Positions 38,271-50,029 of a stretch of DNA of 64,000 nucleotides are shown piece by piece. The notes under the pieces were generated by a model. It had not been told where the DNA came from, made no database searches, and worked only from the letters and a program-made list of their open reading frames with translations. Made by a program: the position numbers and the translations under genes. This stretch comes from Okamejei kenojei (taxonomy: Eukaryota), in NCBI GenBank assembly GCA_035221665.1, contig CM069148.1:7874001-7938000 (forward strand), given 5' to 3'. How positions within the stretch are numbered: position 1 is the stretch's first letter; every line of letters begins with the position of its first letter.

Positions 38271-39419
38271 CTCTTGAGTATGTGTGTCGGTGAGTGGATA
38301 CAGCTGCTCTTCACCTCCACCAAGGCTGGGGTCACCGTAAATATTTGAATTTTTTTTTGTGATTTTTTTTCTGTTCTGCAAAATTTTTCCAATTTCCACT
38401 GTTCCAAATTTGGATCGGCAACTGGGACTACTTGGGATTTTAAAACCCCTTGTGTATTGGGGAAAGGCCAGATTTTGTGTGTGTGTTTACTGGGAAATGG
38501 AAGATTACAGATGTTTTTTGTTTTAAAACTGGGATCTTTTCATCGTTTTTCCAAATTCTGCAAGTGGGTCATAAAAAAAAAATAATTTATCTATTGTGTA
38601 GGCCACTGCTGAAGCATTATCAAGCTGGTAAAGGTTATCCTGAAGAATGAACCATAGAAACATAGAAACATAGACAATAGATGCAGGAGGAGGCCATTCG
38701 GCCCTTCGAGCCTGCACTGCCATTCAATATGATCATTGCTGATCATCCAGAATCAGTACCCCGTTCCTCCTTTTTACCCATACCCCTTGATTCCTTTAGC
38801 TAAATCTAACTCTCTCTTGAAAACTGAATCCTGAAGAAAATATCCTGAAGTTATTACTCGGTTATTCATCAGAATAAAAGGATGTAGCTTCAGGAAGGAG
38901 ATGAGGAGGAATTTCTTTATTCAGATGGTGGTGAACAGCTGTTCAGGCCAAGCCAATGGATATTTTTAAGACAAAGATTGCAATTGACAGACTTGATCAG
39001 TGATGGCATCTGGAATTATGGGGAGACGGCAGGAGAATGGGGATGAGATGGAAAGATAGATCAGCTGCGATTGAATGGTGGAGTAGACTTGATGGGCCGA
39101 ATGGCTTAATTCTGCTCCTATCACTTATGAAATTATGGATGATTTTGTTTTTGCTGAATTGAAACGCTTAATAAAAGTGCTAGAAAAGGTCGACCTAAGG
39201 TATAAGTGGGAGGAAAGAGCCAAGAAGATGGCGTGGAGTGGGGCAATTCTTGTGTGCTGGTCCCAGAAGAGGCTTTACTATTATACAATACAATCACCAC
39301 TCTTTTAAATCTTCCACTCGTAAATCTATTACTTTCTAGCTGTACGAATAATACTCTCTTTAAAAGTCTTTCTTCACTGTCCTTCCCTGCACACAGCCTT
39401 TTGTACTTGTTTAGGTTCC

Positions 39420-39697
39420 CGATACAGCCTGGAAACAGGCCCTTTGGCCCACCGAGTCCACACTGACCAGTACGCCAGCACTATCCTACACACACTAGGG
39501 ACAATTTACAATCTTTTCCGAAGCCAATTAGCCTACAAACCTGTACGTTTTTGGAATGTGGGAGCAAACCGGAGCACCTGGGGAAAACCCACGCAGGTCA
39601 CAGGGAGAACGTGCAAACTCCGCGCAGACAGCACCCGTGGGCAGGACCGAACCTGGGTCTCTGGCAGCAATTCTACAGCTGCACTGCCCTGCCGCCC
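39420..39697 (-). mobile_element. HE1-type SINE
   Basis: Reverse-complement family match. Confidence 0.82.
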
Positions 39698-42401
39698 TTG
39701 TTTGTGACTTCATTGCATTCATGTACAGTATTAATTGATGGGACTGCTCGCACCAAAGGTTTCTCCACCTTGGTGCACGTGACAATGTCCCGATGCATTC
39801 ATGGTTCTTTAGTTAGGCTGAGTTGGCACCCGTGATCAGCGTGTGAGGGAATGGAGCCACTTTGACATCCGTTAGGCCAGGACTTCCTGACTTACTCTTG
39901 CCAGCTTGGGTCTCTCATATCAGCAGGGTGAAAGAATCCCAACAGTTTTAGCCACGCACTGTTAGTTATTTGGTGCCCCACTGTGTTTGTTACTTGGTGT
40001 CAAGATGGAGGTCAGACATGCCGCCAGAGCAGCCAAAGGATTAGACGGCTTGAATTAAACCTGAAAGCTCGGGTATTTTGCACTTTCCTTCTGAGGCTAA
40101 TTCTGAACCACAGCAAAAACTCCTCTTGCTGGATTGATTTAGCTGGAGGCTTGGTTTAAAAAAAAAGAAAAACCTTTTCTCGTTTTTTCCTGTTATATAC
40201 AATGTTTACATATTCACATATTGTGTTATGCTGCAGCAAGTAAGAATTTCATTGTCCCGTCCGGACAATGAAACACTCTAGACTCTTGGCTAGGATGAAG
40301 CCTAAGGCCTCAAAATCTAGGGGGCCTCTGGCAAAGGTGTATAATATTTTTTACACTGTCATTGGCCTTTCTTACATATGCTGTCACAACGGACTGTAGT
40401 CTCTAAACAACCTTTTAGTAATTTTCCTTGCCCTCAATTTCAGAATAATACTGTTTTAGGCCGATAACTCGACACCAGCACTGGCAATAAATACAATTTT
40501 TTAAAAGCGCAGCTTTCCAGCCCCTTATCTCATTGGCCACGCTCGGCTGCACATTGGTGTCAATCTGGTGGCACGGGGTCCGGCAAACGATCACACGTGC
40601 TCTAGTAAGCAGCGATGGTGGATGCAAAGAACACCCTTGGATACTTGCAGGCTTCAAAAGCCAAAAACTCGGGGATAAGTGGAATTAAGGAATTGCAGAA
40701 TTTTAAACACCCGTCCTCATCCTTGGCTTTGAGTCTTGCCTCATCAAGTCTGAGAAATATTCCAAAAGTATTTCACACACTATAAAAAAAGAGAAGAATT
40801 GTTATATGATGACATCAAGTTTGCACCACAATTAGTTCCCACAAATAGCAACGGAACGAGGAATTGGTCTCTTATTATAATTTTTTTTTTTTGTGCTGAT
40901 ATTGTGGACACGTGGAGCCCCAGCATACTTTTAATCAGAATATCCTGTTTTCCTTTAAGACAGAAACAAGCTAATTAGGGTTTATTTTTGATGCCTCTTG
41001 CAATTGGAAAGCTAACACACAGGGGCACCAATCCAGACTTGCAACCCAGCTTAAAGTGCCACTTGAAGTAAACCTTCGTATTAAAGATTTTCTAGGCAAA
41101 GGATTTCAATAAAATTATATAATTCAATGGAAGGAGGTGGACTTTGTCAAAAGTTCTTAATGCAACATTTCTGAGATAGATAGGTTCTTGATCAGTACGG
41201 GTGTCAGAGGTAATGGGGAGAAGGCAGGAGAATGGGGTTAGGAGGGAGTGATAGATCAGCCATGATTGAATGGTGTAGACTTGATGGGCCGAATGGCCGA
41301 ATTCTACTCCTGATCACGTATGATTTTGCCCCGCTAGACTCCACGTACAGTTGATGGGGTTTATCGTGGACAATTGGAGAGGGTTTCCAGTACATTTATT
41401 GTCCATCCCGGTTACTCCAGCTGGTTTTCCTGAGTGACCAGAATAACCCGCAGGCAGTCAAGATCCCTGATTAAAGAGACTTCCTAGTGGATGCAGCAAT
41501 CTGTGTGTCACTTAAATATGTGTTTCTGATAACTTTGCAGAGTTCTTGCAGTGGTCTTTCTTGTGGGAATTGTCGGAGTCCTTACTCACTGCTCCAGGAA
41601 GTATGTTGATATTTCTGAGTTGGCGTTTTTTATTATTTCTTTGCCCGTAGGACGGCAACACACTCGAAAGGTCATTTGTATGTAAATGTTCTCATGCTGA
41701 GGTTCATTAAGGCATTTTTTTTTTATTTTTTGCAAGATGTAGCTTTGTATAGAAAGGTCAGAAGTTGATACTGTTCTCAGTTCAAAATATCTTCCCACAA
41801 AATGAAACCAAAGCCAGAGGTAATGTAAATCTTCTGATCTTCAAGTGTAAAAGACTGATGATGTCTAACTAGCTTGCACGGAAAAGCTATTGGAATTGTG
41901 CTCTGAAAGATGATTATTAGTGCGGCAGTTGTTGCCCTAGTTAGTTTGAGTTGTTGTCCTAGTTAATTTGAGCTGTTGCCTTTTTGAATTGGTCTGGGCA
42001 TTCACAAAGTCTCCAACCCCAGTCCCCCAACCTACCACACTGTGGCCCTTGCAGTTTTTTTTTAAACCTGCACTATCTCTGCATCTGTAAGACTATAATG
42101 CTGTAAAGTTATATCCTGCACACTGCTATTTTTCCCTCTCCTACTGTGTGTGTCTTGATTATACTGATGATAGACGCAAGATGCTGGAGTAACTCAGCGG
42201 GACAGGCAGCATATCCGGAGAAAATGAATGGGTGACCTTTTGGGTCAAAACCCTTGGATGGCTTGATTGGATAGCATGTAAACAAGTTTTTTTTTCACTG
42301 TAATTTGATACACATGGCAGTAAGAACCCAATTCTAATACAAACAGTGGATAATGTGGGCAGTACTCTTTGAAGTAGGACTTCACGTACAATGCTATTGA
42401 T

Positions 42402-42687
42402 AGGGTGGCCATGGTAACACAGCGGTAGAGTTGCTGCCCTGCAGCGCCGGAGACCCGGGTTCGATCCCGACTACGGGTGCCGTCTGTACGTTCTCCCTGT
42501 GACCGCGTGGGTTTTCTCCGAGATCTTCGGTTTCCTCCCACGTTCCAAAGACGTGTAGGTTAACTGGCTGGGTGTAAATTGCCCCCAGTGTGTGCAGGGT
42601 AGTGTTAATGTGCGGGGATCGCCGGTCGGCGCGGACTCGGTGGGCCGAAGGGCCTGTTTCTGCGCTGTATCTCTAAACTAAAATAAA
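42402..42687 (+). mobile_element. HE1-type SINE, CpG-rich (young)
   Basis: Near-consensus copy with intact B box GGTTCGATCC. Confidence 0.88.
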
Positions 42688-42702
42688 CTGGTGGTGGGGA
42701 GG

Positions 42703-43307
42703 GTACACAAAAAGCTGGAGAAACTCAGTGGGTGCAGCAGCATCTAAGGAGCGAAGGGAGATAGGCGACGTTTCGGGCCGAGACCCTTCTTCAGACTGGT
42801 CAGGGATCAGGGAAACGAGAGATATAGACGGTGATGTGGAGAGATAAGGAACAATGAGTGAAAGATATGCAAAAAAGTATCGGTGATAAAGGGAACAAGC
42901 CATTGTAAGCTGTTTGTGGTGTGAAAATGAGAAGCTGGTGCGACTAGGGTGGGGGAGAGATAGAGATAGAGGGAATGCCAGGGCCCGAGGGCTGAGGGAG
43001 AGGTGGGAAGGGGAGGAAGACAGCAAGGGTTAACAGAATTGAGAAAATTCAATATTCAAGCCCAAAGGATGCAGACTCCCCAAACGGAATATGAGGTGCT
43101 GTTCCTCCAGCTTGCGGTGTTGCTCACTCTGGCCGTGGAGGAGGCCCAGGACCGAGAGGTCGGATGTGGAATGGGAGGGGGAGTTGAAGTGCTGAGCCAC
43201 CGGGAGGTCGGGTTGGTTATTGCGGACCGAGCGGAGGTGTTCGGCGAAGCGATCGCCAAGCCTCCGCTTGGTCTCACCGATATAGATCATCTGGCATCTG
43301 GAGCAAT
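42703..43307 (-). mobile_element. 5'-truncated Penelope-like retroelement (GIY-YIG endonuclease C-terminus, 3' UTR and hammerhead-bearing terminus)
   Basis: ORF 43030..43290 IYIGETKRRLGDRFAEHLRSVR...PVAQHFNSPSH...LEEQHLIFRLGSLHPLGLNIEF is a PLE GIY-YIG domain; 15-bp direct repeat CTGGTGGTGGGGAGG at 42688-42702 and 43308-43322. Confidence 0.9.
42767..42794 (-). ncRNA. Minimal hammerhead ribozyme core in the PLE 3' terminus (putative)
   Basis: Reverse complement CTGAAGAAGGGTCTCGGCCCGAAACGTC; the stem II change keeps a U-G wobble. Confidence 0.65.
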
Positions 43308-44342
43308 CTGGTGGTGGGGAGGACTGTGCCCGTGACGTGATGGGCTGGGCTCAGTCCACCACTCTCGGCAGCCTCTGACATTCTTGCATGTTGGAAATGC
43401 CAAACCAGGCCACGTCGCAGTTAGTCAGACTACTTCCCGCGGCGCATCTGTGCAACACGCAACGAAAGCTTTTCACTGTACCTCGTCACAACAAACAAGA
43501 AGCAAGCTGAACTAAACACAGGAAAACCCAAGTCTTTAATGGTTTGTTTCAGGAACATGATCCAGATATGATGATGATGTTGATGGTGACGTTACTGTCA
43601 CAGATACTTGGCTCCAGTGAAAAGCTTTGTTTTTGCGTACAAACTACATGAAAGAATCACCACTAAGTTACCAACTAAGTTTTAAGTAATGTACCTTTTA
43701 AGTAATGTTGGTCCCCTCGTCCCCCACCTCCTCCACCCAGAGTCCATCTTTGTTCTCGGCGACGCAGCCCGTACACCTCACCCCGTAGAAACATAGAGAA
43801 TAGGTGCAGCAGTAGGCCATTCGGCCCTTCGAGCCAGCACCGCCATTCAATGTGATCATGGCTGACCATCCAAAATCAGTACCCCGATTCTGCTTCATTG
43901 CAATATCCCTTGGTTAAGAGTGTTTTATTGTCATATGCCCCAGATAGGACAATGACATTCTCACTTGCTGCAGCACAACAGAATATGTAAACATCGTACA
44001 TAACGGGAGAAAAAACTAGCCCAAAGAGCTAAATCTGACTCTCTTGAAAACATCCAGTGAATTGGCCTCCACTGAGAATTCCACAGATTCTCTGCTCTGG
44101 GTGAAAATGTTTTTACCTCAAATCAGTCCTAAATTGTCTATACATTCTTAAACTGTGACACCTGGTTCTGGATTTCCCCAACATGGGGACCGTTTTTCCT
44201 ACCTCTAGCCAATCCAATCCATTAAAAATGTTCTATGTTTCTATAACATCCATAAGGCCCATTTCTATAAGGCTCAACCCCCAGGGACTCTGACTATTGA
44301 ATATTAAACTGAAAATAACTCTCTAAATTCCTTCCCCTTCAG

Positions 44343-44407
44343 CTTCTGTACCAGCAATGGGCCAGCTACGGAATATTTTACAAATACCAACCATTGGATC
44401 TCGTGAG
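44343..44407 (+). CDS. ANO1: Anoctamin-1 exon (~9), [21 protein letters not shown](R)
   Basis: ttccttccccttcAG acceptor, GTAAGG donor at 44408; 65 nt; conserved W..Y...YKYQP.DL.R motif. Confidence 0.96.
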
Positions 44408-44881
44408 GTAAGGAGCCAGTGATGATGAATTAAATGTCCGACTGAATTAAATCCTGGTTTCTGTTCATTATGTAAGAAGCTCGATTACCTCTAATCGCCA
44501 CAGAGGGAGTCCTCAGCTTTAAACACATAGTGTACATTTACACCTTTGCCACCATGCGAATAGCTCCTTTGAACAGATGCGTGAACTTTTCATTGACCGA
44601 AGCTCTGGTTCATAGAACCTCGTGCAGTACAGCACAGCAGCGGTAGAGTAGCTGCCTCACAGTGTGGGAGGGAACTGAAGATTTTGGAGAAAACCCACGC
44701 AGGTCACGGGGAGAACGTACAAACTCCGTACAGACAGCGCCCGCAGTGGGGATCGAACTCTGGTCTCCGGTGCTGTAAGGCAGCAACTCTACTGCTGCAC
44801 AAACCCTAATCTGACTACATTTTCTTTAAACAATGATGCTTGTGGCAAAGTCTTTAAAATGACAGCTGATGTCTTTTACAG

Positions 44882-45016
44882 GAAGTACTTTGGTGAGAAG
44901 ATTGCTTTTTATTTTGCTTGGCTCGGAGTGTACACGCAAATGCTGATTCCTGCTTCCACTATTGGGATCATCGTGTTCCTGTATGGATGTGCAACTGTTA
45001 ACGAAAATATTCCCAG
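44882..45016 (+). CDS. ANO1: Anoctamin-1 exon (~10), [44 protein letters not shown](S), includes TM1
   Basis: gtcttttacAG acceptor, GTGAAG donor at 45017; 135 nt; hallmark YFGEKI..YFAWLG motif. Confidence 0.97.
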
Positions 45017-45191
45017 GTGAAGCTTGAGCTATTTATTTATACAGTCATTTATAACTCTTGCAAGTAATTGAACTGCTCTTGGCAGGAGATTTGCAAGCTC
45101 CATCCATTAAGTTTTTGTTTAAAATCCCCTCGAAAGGCTGTCGATATAAAATAAATAAACTGTAGTCCTTGCGATATATAAACTGACAGCA

Positions 45192-45530
45192 CAGTTTAGT
45201 TTGGAGATACAGCGCGGAAACAAACCCTTCGAACCACCGAGTNNNNNNNNNNNNNNNNNNNNNNNNNNNNNNNNNNNNNNNNNNNNNNNNNNNNNNNNNN
45301 NNNNNNNNNNNNNNNNNNNNNNNNNNNNNNNNNNNNNNNNNNNNNNNNNNNNNNNNNNNNNNNNNNNNNNNNNNNNNNNNNNNNNNNNNNNATACCAAGC
45401 CAATTAACCTACAAACCTGCACGTCTTTGGAGTGTGGGAGGAAACCGAAAGATCTTGGAGAAACCCACACAGGTCACTGGGAGAACGTAAAACTCCGTAA
45501 ACACAATACCTGCAGTTGGGATCAAACCTG
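45192..45530 (-). mobile_element. HE1-type SINE spanning an assembly gap
   Basis: Tail at 45192-45242, body after the N-run. Confidence 0.75.
45243..45391. other. Assembly gap (149 N)
   Basis: N run. Confidence 1.
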
Positions 45531-45661
45531 GGTGATGTCTGTATGGAGTTTGCACGTTCTCCCCGTGACCATGTGGGTCTTCTCCGAGACATAGAGGTTT
45601 TCTAACTTTATTGGCTTGGTATAAATGGAAATTGTCCCCTGGAATATGTAGGATAGTGTTA

Positions 45662-45940
45662 AGGGCCTGTCCCACTGTATGAGGTAATTCAAGAGCTCTC
45701 CCGAGTTTAAAAAAAAAATCAAACTCGTGGTAAGTACGTAGAATGTACGTAGCAGATACATCGGAGCTCGTGGGTGTCTCGTGGCGGATCGTAATGCTAA
45801 AGGCAGGTACTCTGGAAACGCGGTAACTCGTGCCGTTTTTTTCAGCACTGTGAAAAATGTCCACGAGAGCCCCGAGTACCTACGAATCAGGGGAAACTCG
45901 GGAGAACTCTTGAATTACCTCGTACACTGGGACAGGCCCT
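45662..45940. mobile_element. MITE of the same family as 4674-4994, inserted in an HE1 SINE
   Basis: TIR AGGGCCTGTCCCA...TGGGACAGGCCCT; interior homologous to 4674-4994; TTA/TA flanks. Confidence 0.83.
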
Positions 45941-46477
45941 TACGTGTGCAGGGATCGCTTGTTGGTACGGACTCAGTGGGCCGAAGGGCCTGTTTCTGTG
46001 CAGCATCTCTAAACTATAAAAAAATGATTATCTTTCTGAGTATCTCCAGCTGCTTTTAATGTTTTATTGCTGTTTCTCATGACTGTCGTTGCATTAAGAA
46101 GAATTTATTTGGATGGATCTTCAAAAATAAGAGTAATTTGTTGCTAGACAGTTTAATTCCATATTTGATGGTCAGAATGGTAGCTGTGATTAGCATCAGG
46201 GTAACACAACATTCCGGTTTGAGATTAGCAATAAATTGAGACAAGATCCATTACTCATTTTTAATTGTGTTCCATTCTCCATTGAGTGGAGTTTCTAATC
46301 ATCTTGTGCTCCATAATCTTTAAACCCAGAGATAAATTTATTGTGTCAAATTTGAAGCATAGGAACAAATTCTTTGGGTCAACGGATGATCTATTGGCTC
46401 AGTTGTGTTTCAGAATCGATGATGAATTGGAAATTGATGCAGATAGGAATAGATAATCCAATGTCAAAAGTATACGT

Positions 46478-46820
46478 GGGAAAGAACTGCCGAAGCTGGT
46501 TTAAATCGAAGGTAGACACAAAATGCTGGAGTAACTCAGCGGGTGAGGCAGCATCTCTGGAGAGAGGGAATGGGCGACGTTTCGGGTCGAGACCCTTCAG
46601 ACTGATGTCGGGGAGGGGGCGGGACAGAGATAGAATGTAGTCGGAGACAGTAAGGCTGGTGGGAGAACTGGGAAGGGGGAGGGGATGGAGAGAGAAGGCA
46701 AGGGCTATCTGAAATTGGAGAAGTCAAAGTTGATACTGCTGGGGTGGAGACATAGAAAATAGGTGCAGGAGGAGGCCATTCGGCCCTTTGAGTCAGCTAC
46801 CCAAGCAAAATATGAGGTTA
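46478..46820 (-). mobile_element. Penelope-like 3' fragment
   Basis: Terminal repeat with partly deleted hammerhead, purine-rich 3' UTR (on +), remnant 'caagcaaaatatgagg' of the HLIF.LG codons. Confidence 0.65.
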
Positions 46821-47186
46821 TATTCTCATTGCTTAACATAAATTCAGCCCATCTAAAAAACAAACCTCTTACTTATTTGGAGAGTGTGTATCTGTAAATA
46901 CCCAATAAATATCCACATTCCAGTTGTCTCATTAAAGTTAGTTTGGGCTTGTTGCTAAGTTTGATTTTTTTTTTTTGTTGTTGCCCCCCCCTTATGTACA
47001 ATCTTCCTATTCTACAGGTACCTTGTAGTTGAAACTCAAGGAGGCTTAAAACGAGGACCTCTTCTATCTTTATCACACACTTTTTTTCTTTTCATCTCTG
47101 GCCTTTGTCCAGACATCTACCTCTTAAACAAAAAAACCCTTCACCTGCATCCACCTATCACTTGCCAGACTTTGTCTGAACCCCAC

Positions 47187-47389
47187 TGTAGATGATATGT
47201 GTATACACCTTTAATTGATAGTAACGATGTCCATGCTAGCCACTCCCCCACCAGTTAGTATAATGGTAACCCACACGCCCCTAGCTCGCTCTCTAGTGAT
47301 CGTGACAGACCACGTACAGCCAGGGCTATATATCATGTATGCTTAATAAAGTAGTGAAGACTTTAAGGTGTCTGTGTACCTTCTCTACA
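47187..47389 (+). mobile_element. Solo LTR (203 bp) of an LTR retrotransposon
   Basis: TGTAGA...TCTACA termini, 5-bp TSD CCCAC (47182-47186 and 47390-47394), AATAAA at 47345-47350. Confidence 0.85.
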
Positions 47390-48240
47390 CCCACCTCTCT
47401 TCCAGCCTTCTTCCCTCCCCCCCCCCCCGCTTACAATCTGTCTGAAGAAGGATCCCAACCTGAAATGTCACGTTTAGTTTAGAGTCACTTATCCATTTTC
47501 TCCAATGATCCATTGATTTACTCTCGTTCTTTGTGTCATTTTTACGCTGTGTATCATCCGTTTAGAGGCCGGGTCAAATAGACTTCTGACAAGGATGGTT
47601 ATTGCTGTATTGGTTTAACATCTACAAAAGGTCATAAGTGATAGGAGCTGAATTAGGCCATTCAGCCCATCAAGTCTATTCTGTCATTCAATCATGGGTG
47701 ATCTATCACTCCCTCCTAACCCCATTCTCCTGCCTTCTTCCCATAACCCCTGACACCTGTACTAATCAAGAATCGACCTATATCTGCCATAAAAACATCC
47801 ATTGACTTTGCCTCCACAGCCTGCTGTGGCAATGAATTCCACAGATTCACCACCCTCTGATGAAATGAATTTCTCCTCATCTCCTTCCTAAAGGACGTCC
47901 TTTAATTCTGAGGCAATGACCTCTAGTTCTAGACTCTCTGGAAACATCCTCTCCACATCCACTCTATTCACGCTTTTGACTATTCTGTATGTTTCAATTA
48001 GGTCTTTCTCCCCCCCCATTCTTCAAAAATCCAGGGAGTACAGGCCCAGTGCCGACAAACGCTCATCATGGAAGCATCCTCTCCACATCCACTCTATCCA
48101 AGCCAAGAATGGTCAAAGGCTAGGAGGCATGAGGTTGACTCCAACACTTTGTGTCATCAATAAATGAATGTGAAATCCTGTCTGATTTGTGACTCCACCT
48201 CCGATTAATGTTGCCGATCTCTCTCCCTCTTTGACCGCAG

Positions 48241-48401
48241 CATGGAGATGTGTGACCACAGGGCCAATATCATCATGTGCCCACTGTGTGACAAGACCTG
48301 CAGTTACTGGAAGCTCAGCACTGTCTGCGCCACCGCACGGGCGAGCCACCTGTTTGACAATCCCGCCACGGTTTTCTATTCCATTTTCATGGCTTTATGG
48401 G
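48241..48401 (+). CDS. ANO1: Anoctamin-1 exon (~11), [53 protein letters not shown], extracellular Cys-rich loop and start of TM2
   Basis: ttgaccgcAG acceptor, GTAAGG donor at 48402; 161 nt; MCPLCD..C motif, five cysteines, LFDNPAT motif; overlaps ORF 48242..48463. Confidence 0.97.
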
Positions 48402-49644
48402 GTAAGGAACCTTGGTTCAGTTCATCTCATTGCCGCATGTTCAGCACTGAGATCTCTTTGTAGATGAACGACCAATTCAGACTAAAATATTGCCCTGTTG
48501 AGCTACTCTGTTCAATATAGTTCAGTTTGGTCACGTGTACCGAGGTACGGTGAAAAGCTTTTGTTGCGTCCTAACCAGTCAGCGGAAAGACAACACATGA
48601 TTACAATCGATGATACATGATAAAGGGAATAACGTTTACTGCAAGATAAAGCTGGTCTAGTCCGATCAAAGATAGGCCGAGGGTCTCCAAATGATGTGGA
48701 TGGTAGTTCCGGACTCCTCCCTCGTTGAGGTATAGTTGCCTGATAACAGCTGGGATGAACCTGTCCCAATCATTCCCCTATCCACTGAGGCCACCTTTAA
48801 AGACTGCACTTCTTCAGAATCAAAGGACGTACCATTAGAATTTCTTTAATCAGAGGGTGGTGAATCTGTGGAAATGATTGCCACAGAAGGCTGTGGAGGC
48901 CTAGTCATTGGTTATTTTTAAGGTTGAGAATGACAGATTCTTGATTAGTCAAGGGTTATGGGGAGAAGGCAGGAGAATGGGGTAGAGAGGGAACGGCAGG
49001 CCGAATGGCGGAGTGGGACAGAGGATTAAATCACTTCTTTGTGCTCATCCATTAAAGTTATGCATTTATACCATGTGTGACATTTCTGTTGAAATTTTGC
49101 TTGATTTTTCTTTCTCCTGAACTCCATCACGTTCTGTATTTGATTTCTGCGTTGAACTTGTGGTGTTGTATCGCTGGTTTTCCTCGATTCATGAATTGCT
49201 GTCGCCGCCAGCACATGAACCACGTCCCTCCAATCCCTGTCCTATCCATGTCCCTATCTAACAGCCTCACAATCCCCTCTATCGTATCTCCCTCCATCAC
49301 CACTCCTCGAAGCGCATTCATGGCACCCGCCAGGCAGCACTGGTAGTCGGGATCGAACCCGGGCCTCTGGCGCTGTAGGCCAGCAACTCTACCCCTGTGC
49401 CGCCGGTCTTACTCCAATCTAATGAACTCTCTTGCCATGCACACTGCCATGCTAGGTTCACTGTTGACCACTGCTGCAAGGTCCCACGAGGCCTATTCCC
49501 ACCACTGTTGTTATTGGCGTGTGTATTCAGTTTGTCACGTTGGAAAAGAATTGAGCTGGAAGCAACAATAAAAAAAAGTCTGACTGTGCCCACTGTGACA
49601 TGTCCCTCCTGTGACATTAAGCCATTGTGTTGACATCTGAACTT

Positions 49645-49942
49645 GGGTGGCGCAGCAGTAGACCCGCTGCCTTGCAGCTCCAGCGGCGCCAGTTCGACCC
49701 TGACTGCGGGGGCAGTCTGTACCGGGTTTGTACATTCTCCCCGTAACCTCCATGGGTTTTCTCCGGGTGCTCCAGCTTCCCCCCCCCCCCCCCATGCTCC
49801 AAAGACGAACAAGTTTGTAGGTTAAGTGTAGGTTTCCGTTACAAAAATGGTAAAACTGCCCCTAACGTGTGGGATAATGTGAGGTACGGGCATCGCTGGT
49901 CAGCACTGACTCAATGCTGCCGCAGTGTATCTCTAAACTAAA
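49645..49942 (+). mobile_element. HE1-type SINE
   Basis: Family consensus match. Confidence 0.8.
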
Positions 49943-50029
49943 CTTGAGACACAGTCGATACTAGGTGACACTTTGACACTGAAGTTGGCATTAGGGATCC
50001 TTTTACCTCCTGGCTCAATCTTTTTATAA

